Positions 25,147 to 32,000 of a DNA stretch of 32,000 bases are shown piece by piece; the first letter of the stretch is position 1, and each line of letters starts with the position of its first letter. The DNA is from Erysipelotrichaceae bacterium MTC7. GTDB lineage: Bacteria; Bacillota_I; Bacilli_A; Erysipelotrichales; Erysipelotrichaceae. The notes below the pieces were generated by a model. The model saw only the letters and a list, made by a program, of their open reading frames with translations. It did not search any database and had not been told where the DNA came from. A program made the translations under genes and the position numbers. The DNA is taken from assembly GCA_001695645.1 (NCBI GenBank), contig LVZN01000006.1, positions 40,242-72,241 of the forward strand. Direction: 5' to 3'.

Positions 25147-26277
25147 TTAATACCCTCCTCCTTGTATGCCAAGGTATTCTTCTAAGGTTAACTGACTTGC
25201 ATAGATGGCAGGTGCGTGACTTCCAACATAGCGTAGATGCCAAGGTTCTGCTTGATAACCGGTGATTGCTTCTTTACCAACTTGATAACGTACAATGAAC
25301 CCAAATTCATGAGCGTGTTGTGCCACCCAAGCAGTCTCTGTAGGGCTTGTAAGCAACTGTCCATTCGTTCCAATCAAATCAAACGCCAAGCCTGTTTGAT
25401 GTTCACTGTGACCAGGTCTAGCTGAAAAAGTATCCGTTGCTTGTTGCCCATACCTAGCCACATACGACCAGTATAGGTTGTTTTGGTAATCGTAACTACG
25501 ATACCCGCTGTAACTATCCGATACAGATAAACCATTTGCGCGCATACTAGCAATCAAGGCTTGTAACGATTGTAACGCTTGCCCATTGACACCAGGTGCA
25601 TAATTGGCAGGTAATCCATACTTTTTATTGACGACCAATATCCCATTGACATAGGTCGGTTGAATCGATGGAGTTGGCTGTTCTATGTCTGGTATTGGTT
25701 TGTTTGCAACTGGTGGCTGACTGATCTCTGGTTTTGGTTTTTCTGCGACGGTAACACTTGCTTGTCGCGTTAGTTTATTATTGTACGGATCAGTTGCTGT
25801 AACTGCCATTTGGTACGTTCCCGCTGTTTGAAAATCAATTTGGCTTTGGTCGATTTCCACACGTACACCACTTAGATCACTTGCTATATAATGTTTAGAA
25901 AAATCATAATCTTTTGTTCCGTAGGGAATTGAAATACTCTGTTCAAATTGACTAAACGTTGGTGCAACTGAATCAACGACTTGTAAAAAGAACTTATCTT
26001 CTTTGGATTTATTGTTCAAGGTGAATTTTATCTTAATGGGATACACACCAACTTCTGGATAGGTCGCATCTTTGTATACAATCTTTTTTGTATCGATTGT
26101 TGCATCACGTAATACATCTGCATCTTCACATGTTAAAAAATCACTCACTTTGAGTTGGACTTTTGTTCCATATTCGCTAGTTATAGCACTCGTAATCGTT
26201 TTTACTTCTGGCTTTTTCACATTTGTTGTACAAGCACCCATAAGTAAAACAACAAGCATAAATCGTATCTTTTTCAT
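25147..26277 (-). CDS. Lipoprotein with N-terminal Ig-like region, Pro-rich linker and C-terminal VanY/M15B D-alanyl-D-alanine carboxypeptidase domain
   Basis: Signal peptide with lipobox LLMGAC. Catalytic motifs SGYRSY, HSEHQTGLAFD (Hx6D) and EPWHLRY (ExxH). The ATG at 26277 (MKKIRF) is better spaced from AGGGGA than the one at 26283. Confidence 0.85.
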   Translation of the reverse strand: MKKIRFMLVVLLMGACTTNVKKPEVKTITSAITSEYGTKVQLKVSDFLTCEDADVLRDATIDTKKIVYKDATYPEVGVYPIKIKFTLNNKSKEDKFFLQVVDSVAPTFSQFEQSISIPYGTKDYDFSKHYIASDLSGVRVEIDQSQIDFQTAGTYQMAVTATDPYNNKLTRQASVTVAEKPKPEISQPPVANKPIPDIEQPTPSIQPTYVNGILVVNKKYGLPANYAPGVNGQALQSLQALIASMRANGLSVSDSYSGYRSYDYQNNLYWSYVARYGQQATDTFSARPGHSEHQTGLAFDLIGTNGQLLTSPTETAWVAQHAHEFGFIVRYQVGKEAITGYQAEPWHLRYVGSHAPAIYASQLTLEEYLGIQGGGY

Positions 26278-26312
26278 TTGCATCCCCTATTACTTAACTA
26301 CATTTTACCATG

Positions 26313-26341
26313 AAAAAAAGCAGATACATATTTGTAGCTGC
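26313..26341 (-). terminator. Intrinsic terminator after rpmF
   Basis: Minus strand GCAGcUACAaauaUGUAuCUGC followed by UUUUUUU. Confidence 0.7.
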
Positions 26342-26361
26342 CTCAATCACTCATAAATTAA

Positions 26362-26538
26362 CTATTTCGCTTCTGGAACGATTTGTTTACCGTTGTAGTT
26401 ACCACATACACACATTCTGTGTGGACGCACGTAGTCACCACAAGCTGGACATGTTGTCAATGTAGGTTTAACTAATTTATAGTGCGTTCTTCTCTTTGCT
26501 TTTCTGTGTTTTGAACCACGTCTTTGTTGAACAGCCAT
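26362..26538 (-). CDS. rpmF: 50S ribosomal protein L32 (zinc-ribbon form)
   Basis: Absent from the ORF track because it is under 60 aa. Manual translation gives MAVQQRRGSKHRKAKRRTHYKLVKPTLTTCPACGDYVRPHRMCVCGNYNGKQIVPEAK*. SD GAGGAGG upstream. Canonical position after yceD. Confidence 0.93.
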   Translation of the reverse strand: MAVQQRRGSKHRKAKRRTHYKLVKPTLTTCPACGDYVRPHRMCVCGNYNGKQIVPEAK

Positions 26539-26549
26539 AAATACCTCCT

Positions 26550-27071
26550 CTACTCTTCTTCGATCTTAAACTCGGCTAGCTTAGCTAATCGAGGATCCAC
26601 TTCATCTTTTTTACGTTTTTGGTAATCACTTTCGCTAATTACCTCCCAACCTTCTCCTTTAGGATATTCCTTAATGTCATCTTTGACAACTTTTAAGGGA
26701 ACTTCCATCATGATATCTTGGAAAATAATCGGCAATAGTTCAATTACATCACCCTTGGCTTCGTGTAAGTCTTCGGTATCATCTACTTTGCGAAATGCAA
26801 ATACTTCAGTAGGTTCAATCTCGAAAGGATATTGAACATCTTCATTCGTAATTGCGCAAGGTAGAATCATGTCGCCACTGATTTCCATGTCAACTGTGAC
26901 TAAGTCACTTTTCGCATCATAATCAAGACTACCTTCAACATGCACATCCTTCAGGTCGCGTAGTTGGTGGATTTTCGCAAAAGTATCTTTGGGAAATGTT
27001 AAATCTTCTTGAAAAGAAATAACTCCATCTTTTGTATTTAACAAGTCATTCTTTGACCATTTCACGATCAT
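26550..27071 (-). CDS. yceD: YceD/DUF177 family protein (large-subunit rRNA accumulation protein)
   Basis: ~173 aa, acidic, with the K(W)S...L start typical of YceD/YlbN and rpmF directly downstream. The start is ambiguous between GTG 27074, ATG 27071 and GTG 27065. GTG 27065 has the best SD spacing. Confidence 0.85.
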   Translation of the reverse strand: MIVKWSKNDLLNTKDGVISFQEDLTFPKDTFAKIHQLRDLKDVHVEGSLDYDAKSDLVTVDMEISGDMILPCAITNEDVQYPFEIEPTEVFAFRKVDDTEDLHEAKGDVIELLPIIFQDIMMEVPLKVVKDDIKEYPKGEGWEVISESDYQKRKKDEVDPRLAKLAEFKIEEE

Positions 27072-27092
27072 CACCTCATTGCCTGCCTAAAT

Positions 27093-27120
27093 ATTATAGC
27101 AAAAGCCGACGATAAGTCAA
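27093..27120 (-). promoter_or_regulatory. Sigma-A promoter of yceD-rpmF
   Basis: Minus strand TTGACT (27120-27115), 16 nt, TATAAT (27098-27093), with an extended -10 TG (TGcTATAAT). Confidence 0.6.
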
Positions 27121-27254
27121 CAAAAGATTGACCCAATTTTGGACAAACCATTTGCCACAAATTCAAACTTTCACTAATAGACGTTCCTATCTTAACCCAC
27201 TTTACAAAAAACACAAGGAAAACTTTGTCGCTTTATATAGAAATGTTCCGCTTC

Positions 27255-27304
27255 TACAAAAGGAAAGGTGTTCACGCGTAACCATTTGGTTCGTGTTTAC
27301 ACCT
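27255..27304 (-). terminator. Long imperfect hairpin terminator after the nucleotidyltransferase gene
   Basis: Minus strand AGGUGU-aa-CACG-AACC-aaau-GGUU-acg-CGUG-a-ACACCU followed by UUCCUUUUGU. Lies 13 nt after the stop at 27317. Confidence 0.5.
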
Positions 27305-27316
27305 GCTTTTACCTTC

Positions 27317-28234
27317 TTATTTTTGCCAAAGTGGAACTGGGTACTTACCTTCATCGATAAGTTTTTTAATTCCTGCTTTTACTTTTGGTTTATCTTCTTG
27401 ATAGGTTACACCATACCAGTTGTCTTCACTTGATAACACATCAACCTCAACTTTATTTTCTCGTACCATTTTCCCAACTTCTTTTGGAATAAAGAATTCA
27501 GACTTTAATGGATTTCCTGGCACTTCATTTTTAAAGAAGTCAACAAAGTCCGCTTTCATGTAATCGATAAAGTTTGGGTTAAACCCCCAGAAGTTTAACG
27601 ATACCAAGCGTGTTGGTTCTAATGTTTCAACAGTCGCCCCACCATCTTCTGTGTTTGAAATTGTTCCGTCTGCATTGACTGTGATATTTGTTAGTTCATT
27701 AACATCCGTAAGTTTACCATCTGCAACGTTACATACACCACGAGCAACACTTCCATTGTCACTTACTGTGTTCTTCAGTAGGTACCCAACCATTGCGTAG
27801 TTATCTTCATTTGTGTTATTGACTAAGAAATCATGGATTTTCACAAACGCTTCTTGTCCATAATAGTCATCTGCATTGATGACACAGAAAGGAGAGTCAA
27901 TCACACCCTCACAGCACAACAATGCGTGTCCAGTTCCCCATGGTTTTTCACGTCCTTCAGGAATTGTGCATCCTTCTGGAATCTTTGTCATATCTTGGAA
28001 GACATACTTCACTGGAAAATGCTCAGCGATTTTGTTTCCGATGGCTTCTTTAAAATCTTTTTCAATTGCTTCTTTGATAATGAAAATCACTTCATCAAAA
28101 CCTGCGCGTTTTGCATCAAATACACTTAGTTCCAAAATGATTTCACCATTTGGTCCAATTGGATCGATTTGCTTTAAGCCTCCATAGCGACTTCCCATTC
28201 CGGCCGCCAATACAACTAAACTAGTTTTTTTCAT
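27317..28234 (-). CDS. Sugar-phosphate nucleotidyltransferase family protein (substrate unknown)
   Basis: The ATG at 28234 (MKKTSLVVLAAGMGSRYGGLKQ) is preceded by GAAGAGGTG. N-terminal LAAGxGSR signature of NTP-transferase (GT-A like) enzymes. Confidence 0.75.
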   Translation of the reverse strand: MKKTSLVVLAAGMGSRYGGLKQIDPIGPNGEIILELSVFDAKRAGFDEVIFIIKEAIEKDFKEAIGNKIAEHFPVKYVFQDMTKIPEGCTIPEGREKPWGTGHALLCCEGVIDSPFCVINADDYYGQEAFVKIHDFLVNNTNEDNYAMVGYLLKNTVSDNGSVARGVCNVADGKLTDVNELTNITVNADGTISNTEDGGATVETLEPTRLVSLNFWGFNPNFIDYMKADFVDFFKNEVPGNPLKSEFFIPKEVGKMVRENKVEVDVLSSEDNWYGVTYQEDKPKVKAGIKKLIDEGKYPVPLWQK

Positions 28235-28256
28235 GTTTACACCTCTTCTAGTAAAC

Positions 28257-28285
28257 ATTCTATCATATTCCCATTTCTATTTACA
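28257..28285 (-). promoter_or_regulatory. Putative promoter of the nucleotidyltransferase gene
   Basis: Minus strand TGTAAA (28285-28280), 17 nt, TAGAAT (28262-28257), with an extended -10 TG (TGaTAGAAT). Confidence 0.45.
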
Positions 28286-28309
28286 CGTGAAATCCTATAT
28301 ACTATAGAT

Positions 28310-29407
28310 ATGAAAAAACAGATCGTATGCGGGATTGTATGTGAATACAACCCATTTCACAATGGACACATCCATCACATTCAACAAGCACGTGCATTAA
28401 CCAACTGTGACGTGCTCATTTGTGTAATGAGTGGGAACTTTGTCCAACGTGGTGAACCTGCCATTATTGATAAGTGGGAACGGACCAAAATCGCGCTGGA
28501 ATACAACGTTGATATCGTTGTGGAACTACCATATATCTATGCAACACAAAGTGCTAATCATTTTGCCAAAGCAAGCATTGATATTTTAAAGATGATGCAT
28601 GTCGACTGCATTGTGTTTGGTAGTGAATCCAATGATGTTTCCTTTTTACAATCCTTATTAAAAAAAGAAAAAGAACTGATAAAAAAGCCAGGACAATCAA
28701 GTGCCAAAGCATATGAAGAGATGTTTGGCAATTTATCACCCAACGATATTCTTGGGTATAACTATATCAAAGCCATTGGTGATGCACCCATACAGGTGTA
28801 CACGATTCAACGGACCAACGCTTACCATGAACAAAAACTGACGGGTAATATTTCAAGTGCAACAAGCATTCGTAAGCAAATTGCCAAACAAGAAATGGTT
28901 AATGAAACAACGCCAATGACAAACTTGGATGGTCGATTTTTAATGGAAAACTACTTTCCTTTTATCAAATTTCAACTTCAAGTATTACCAAAACAAGAAC
29001 TTGCCAGTATCTTTTTAATGGATGAAGGCATCGAAAGTCATTTATACAAACAAGTAGAACTTGCTACAACATACGAAGAATTTATCACTGGCGCAATTAC
29101 CAAACGCTACACCAAAGCAAGCATTCAAAGAAGTTTGATTCACTTATTAACCCACACCACCAAACAGATGGTCAACCAACTTCCTGTGTTGCAATATGTG
29201 CGCATCCTTGGTTTTAACCAAGTTGGACAAGCCTATTTAGCAAGCATCAAGGAAGATGTGCATATAGCAAGTGGTTTTGGTCAAATTCCTCAAGTCTATC
29301 GCGAAATGGAATACAAGGCAGCACAGGTCTATGCAAGCGTGTTACCATTAGAAAAGCAAACAGCTTTTATTAGAAAAGAAATCCAACAACCCATCATAAA
29401 AAAATAG
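28310..29407 (+). CDS. tmcAL: tRNA(Met) cytidine acetate ligase TmcAL (YlbM/UPF0348 family)
   Basis: 365 aa. N-terminal GIVCEYNPFHNGHIHHIQQA (HxGH nucleotidyltransferase) and MSGNFVQRGEPAI, as in B. subtilis YlbM. Confidence 0.88.
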   Translation: MKKQIVCGIVCEYNPFHNGHIHHIQQARALTNCDVLICVMSGNFVQRGEPAIIDKWERTKIALEYNVDIVVELPYIYATQSANHFAKASIDILKMMHVDCIVFGSESNDVSFLQSLLKKEKELIKKPGQSSAKAYEEMFGNLSPNDILGYNYIKAIGDAPIQVYTIQRTNAYHEQKLTGNISSATSIRKQIAKQEMVNETTPMTNLDGRFLMENYFPFIKFQLQVLPKQELASIFLMDEGIESHLYKQVELATTYEEFITGAITKRYTKASIQRSLIHLLTHTTKQMVNQLPVLQYVRILGFNQVGQAYLASIKEDVHIASGFGQIPQVYREMEYKAAQVYASVLPLEKQTAFIRKEIQQPIIKK

Positions 29408-29422
29408 ACCACCATAAGTAGT

Positions 29423-29920
29423 CTATAATCTATATTCGTATAAGGCAGTTAAATATCCCTTGTCTAAATCAACAATTTCAACAAGTGTAAAACCATTACG
29501 TTCATAATAAGCGCGTAGTGGTTTTTTATATTCTCTAACATCCAATTTTACAACTGAATACCCTTGCTGGCGCCCTAAATCTTTAAAGTAATCCAAGATC
29601 AATGTTGATACTCCAGATTTACTGGCTTCATCCAATACCATCACCTTGTGGATGTAGAGTGCTTCTTTTGGCTTATCATGTAACCAATAGGTTGGATCAT
29701 AATCCACCACACTAAAAGTTGCGACTGGTTTGTTATCTCGATAGACAAGATAAAAATTGGTAATGTCATAATCCTTGGCTAATGCCTCCCAAGTAACTTC
29801 ATCCAATTCCCATTGTACAATATCTTTTGCGGCTAGTTGATGTACTTTTGTTGTTAATAGGTTTTCTACAATCAATTCATCACCAGGACGTGCTTGTCGT
29901 ATTTGCATCTCATTTTTCAT
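29423..29920 (-). CDS. GNAT family N-acetyltransferase
   Basis: The Q/RxxGxG/A-like segment (DEASKSGVSTLILDY) and the YERNGF motif are typical of GNATs. The start is uncertain (TTG 29947, ATG 29920, ATG 29908). 29947 would lie in the terminator U-tract, so it is disfavoured. Confidence 0.8.
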   Translation of the reverse strand: MKNEMQIRQARPGDELIVENLLTTKVHQLAAKDIVQWELDEVTWEALAKDYDITNFYLVYRDNKPVATFSVVDYDPTYWLHDKPKEALYIHKVMVLDEASKSGVSTLILDYFKDLGRQQGYSVVKLDVREYKKPLRAYYERNGFTLVEIVDLDKGYLTALYEYRL

Positions 29921-29942
29921 AAAAACAGTGTAGCAAACCTCG

Positions 29943-29981
29943 AACAAAAAAGAAAGAAGGATTTTATTTCGCCTTCTTTCT
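29943..29981 (-). terminator. Strong intrinsic terminator after the AraC-family gene
   Basis: Minus strand AGAAAGAAGG-cgaaauaaaau-CCUUCUUUCU (10 bp) followed by UUUUUGUU. The 5' arm overlaps the last codons and the stop. Confidence 0.75.
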
Positions 29982-30833
29982 TACAGCAATCCAAATTTCA
30001 CTATAGGCTTCTTGTTGGTTTGCATCCAAAAACTTCGTAAAAGAAAGCTCTGGAGCTTCGACCAGTTCATATGCGCATGCGGGTAGCCAAACAGCGGCAA
30101 TATTAGCCCAAGTATCTTGTAGTGCCTTTGGAAATGCACCGCGACTTGGAAAAATCGCCCACGTTTGTGCCTCTACCGTTTTTGACATCAATAGCTTAGG
30201 TTCATTCAAACTTGTTGTAACTGCACCAATCATATGTGTCAGCATAGCATCTTCCTTTGTACGATCCCCGACAAAGTTGAAGGAAGCATTCACCACTTGA
30301 TTTGGATACATATCCATGTAGCGATGCATTTCTTCCTTTTGCGCTACTGTGATAGACTTTGCAAGTTCTACAATATCTTCATTTACCCCTGAAAACTGTA
30401 ACGGGACTTCCTTACTTACACCTACTATTTGAAATGCTGGTTTTTCCTCAATTCGATATTCCATTTCCGTTCCTCCTGTTACTTGTATTTGAAAGGATAG
30501 TCGTGGATATTCTTTATGGATATGATGGCTCACAATTGCACGCGGTGTATAGTTGGTCCACTGTTTTATTGCCCGGATAAAGCCATCAAGCGAATCATAG
30601 CCATAGGCATAAGCAACATCACTGACACGTTCACCCTTATGCAAGTCTTCAATTGCACAGCTCAAGCGACGCAAACGAATGTATTGTGCAAGCGATACCC
30701 CAGCAACAAAACTAAAGGTTCGTTTCAAATGATAACTGCTCATTCCAACAGCTTTTGCAAGTTTGTCCAAATCGATGGAATCTTGCAAATGGGTTTCAAT
30801 GTACTCCACAATTTCATGTAATGTTTGAATCAT
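29964..30833 (-). CDS. AraC-family transcriptional regulator with C-terminal GyrI-like effector-binding domain
   Basis: 289 aa. N-terminal double HTH (LAKAVGMSSYHLKRTF...YAYGYDSLDGFIRAIK). The C-terminal ~160 aa show the GyrI-like/SOUL-type pattern. SD AAAGGAGGG. Confidence 0.88.
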   Translation of the reverse strand: MIQTLHEIVEYIETHLQDSIDLDKLAKAVGMSSYHLKRTFSFVAGVSLAQYIRLRRLSCAIEDLHKGERVSDVAYAYGYDSLDGFIRAIKQWTNYTPRAIVSHHIHKEYPRLSFQIQVTGGTEMEYRIEEKPAFQIVGVSKEVPLQFSGVNEDIVELAKSITVAQKEEMHRYMDMYPNQVVNASFNFVGDRTKEDAMLTHMIGAVTTSLNEPKLLMSKTVEAQTWAIFPSRGAFPKALQDTWANIAAVWLPACAYELVEAPELSFTKFLDANQQEAYSEIWIAVRKKAK

Positions 30834-30904
30834 GTGACCCTCCTTTCAAATCTAGTATAACGTAAGCAAATCATCTTGACTCGACAATAGTTAGACCGTT
30901 TCTA

Positions 30905-30932
30905 TCGAAAAAAAGAACTCTGCTTAGAGTCC
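30905..30932 (-). terminator. Intrinsic terminator after yebC-family gene
   Basis: Minus strand GGACUCU-aagc-AGAGUUC followed by UUUUUUU. The stop codon sits in the loop region. Confidence 0.7.
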
Positions 30933-31646
30933 TTCTACGTTGTGGTATACGTTTTGCACGTCATCAACATCATCAAGCAATGTTAATAAACGTTCAAACA
31001 ACATCTTGTCATCACCTTCAAGTGTTACATATTCATTTGGTACCATGGTTTGTTCCAGTACATCAAATGTTACATCAGGAATTAATTTTTCAATTTCATC
31101 CTTTGCTTTGTATAAATCTTGTGGTGCGACAGTTACTGCCATATGTCCATCTTCGATTTCGATTTCCTTAACATCAACATCAGCCATCAACAACGTTTCT
31201 AGCATCGTGTCTTCATCATCGTAAGCGAAGACAAGTTGTCCTACACTTTCATAATTAAATGATACTGATCCACTCACTCCAATTTTCGCTTTTGCTTTAT
31301 TGAAAGCTCCACGCAAATCCGCAATGGTACGGTTCGCATTGTCAGTTAAACATTCAATAACGATTGTCGCAAGTCCTCCACTACCAAATCCTTCATATAC
31401 TGAACTTTGGTAATTTTCTTCACTACCACCTTTTGCTTTTTCAATTGCACGCTTAATGACATCCGCAGGCACTTGATTCGCTTTGGCGCGTTCTACAACT
31501 TTCTTTAAATTGGAATTCATTTCTGGATCTGGTTCACCGTTCTTTGCAGCTACATAGATCTCTTTTCCAAATTTTGAATAAACTTTTGTTTTTGCAGCAG
31601 CCGTTTTGGCCATGCTGGCTTTTCGTACTTCAAAGGCACGTCCCAT
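30924..31646 (-). CDS. YebC/PmpR-family transcriptional regulator
   Basis: ~240 aa. MGRAFEVRKASMAKT..., YEGFGSGG and NANRT motifs characteristic of the YebC family. The ATG at 31646 is preceded by GGAGAG. Confidence 0.92.
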   Translation of the reverse strand: MGRAFEVRKASMAKTAAAKTKVYSKFGKEIYVAAKNGEPDPEMNSNLKKVVERAKANQVPADVIKRAIEKAKGGSEENYQSSVYEGFGSGGLATIVIECLTDNANRTIADLRGAFNKAKAKIGVSGSVSFNYESVGQLVFAYDDEDTMLETLLMADVDVKEIEIEDGHMAVTVAPQDLYKAKDEIEKLIPDVTFDVLEQTMVPNEYVTLEGDDKMLFERLLTLLDDVDDVQNVYHNVEGL

Positions 31647-31671
31647 AGTTATCACTCTCCAAATCGTTCCT

Positions 31672-31700
31672 ATTATACCAAAATTGTGAGTATCCTACAA
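31672..31700 (-). promoter_or_regulatory. Sigma-A promoter of the yebC-family gene
   Basis: Minus strand TTGTAG (31700-31695), 17 nt, TATAAT (31677-31672), with an extended -10 TG (TGgTATAAT). A 7-bp-arm palindrome overlaps it. Confidence 0.55.
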
Positions 31701-31709
31701 TTTACAATT

Positions 31710-32000
31710 AAAAAAATCCATAATTATTTTTTATGTATAAGCCGAGAACACTTTCGACTTTAGTCGTGCAGATGAATCGACTTCGTTCATGTATAATTTG
31801 CTGTATTGATTAATCGACATGTGTTAATTATATATATTAAAAAAAGTACTTAAAACAATCGAAAGTATCAAATACACATGTTACAATTATTAAGAGGTAT
31901 TTAACATGTCAGAAATCCATTTTGGACGTGGCTATGTCTACTCTATTCAGTATCATCTTGTCTGGTGTGTAAAATACCGACATGATGTTTTGTATGGTGA
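31710..32000 (+). mobile_element. Left part of an IS200/IS605-family insertion sequence (left boundary not determined)
   Basis: tnpA fragment plus an AT-rich upstream region. That region holds short alternative hairpins (CGACU/AGUCG/CGACU at ~31755-31785) and an ATGTATAA direct repeat (31732-31739 and 31789-31796). The exact LE cleavage site cannot be called by eye. Confidence 0.45.
31906..32000 (+). CDS. tnpA: IS200/IS605-family Y1 transposase TnpA, N-terminal fragment (runs off window)
   Basis: The ATG at 31906 follows AAGAGG. MSEIHFGRGYVYSIQYHLVWCVKYRHDVLYG matches the conserved IS200 TnpA N-terminus (Y.hLvw..KYR..vL). Confidence 0.85.
   Translation, partial: MSEIHFGRGYVYSIQYHLVWCVKYRHDVLYG

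Noticed and set aside
27121-27254. ~135-bp non-coding stretch between the yceD promoter and the upstream terminator, examined for an sRNA or a small ORF (including the plus ORF 27128-27433).
   Set aside because: I found no convincing promoter-plus-terminator pair, no stable hairpin and no SD-preceded ORF. The plus ORF runs antisense into the nucleotidyltransferase gene. It is probably just an AT-rich UP-element or spacer region.
29408-29422. Short palindrome ATAGAC-N11-GTCTAT between the convergent tmcAL and GNAT genes, considered as a bidirectional terminator.
   Set aside because: The stem is only 5-6 bp with an 11-nt loop and no flanking U or A tract. That is too weak to call.
1-32000. Search for CRISPR arrays, tRNA/rRNA genes, prophage or defence-island signatures (restriction-modification, toxin-antitoxin, abortive infection, retron-like ncRNA).
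   Set aside because: No regularly spaced direct repeats, no tRNA-like T-arm or anticodon structures, and no nuclease, ATPase or methylase gene combinations were seen. The window is dominated by conserved housekeeping operons.

Overview
AT-rich, low-GC Bacillota-type chromosomal segment. NusA and IF2 architecture and the gene order suggest an Erysipelotrichia- or Mollicutes-related lineage, but this is an inference and no taxon can be proven from the sequence. Almost every gene between 1 and 28234 lies on the minus strand, often with overlapping stop and start codons. Reading in minus-strand transcription order (high to low coordinates), the window holds the following. (1) yebC, an AraC/GyrI regulator and a GNAT, with tmcAL on the plus strand. 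(2) A nucleotidyltransferase, then yceD-rpmF. rpmF (58 aa) is missing from the supplied ORF track and was found by hand. (3) A VanY-type lipoprotein, an AlkD-like repair gene, and murT-gatD plus an SseB-like gene. (4) The classical rimP-nusA-ylxR-ylxQ-infB-rbfA operon, extended directly by a VanZ-like gene and two uncharacterised genes. (5) A gapless yqeG-yqeH-yhbY-nadD::yqeK-rsfS-yqeM-mtnN-(unknown)-dnaD-nth string. (6) lspA-rluD-rhomboid-comEB-(73 aa)-HI0933 flavoprotein. (7) A [FeFe]-hydrogenase maturase operon, TM1266-like regulator-hydE-hydG-hydF, with hydF truncated at the window start. An IS200/IS605 tnpA begins at the right edge. I saw no rRNA, tRNA, CRISPR array, prophage or recognisable defence island. 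This is mostly core housekeeping DNA, so I do not claim a clearly novel system. The items most worth follow-up are: a terminator/antiterminator leader with no riboswitch class I can recognise, upstream of the hyd maturase operon; the VanZ/353-aa/194-aa trio attached to rbfA where truB-ribF normally sit; a hairpin inside the rimP-nusA leader; a ~218-aa charged tail on NusA; the nadD::yqeK fusion; and a third, SseB-like gene coupled to murT-gatD. All product calls rest on by-eye motif and family recognition. No database search was run.
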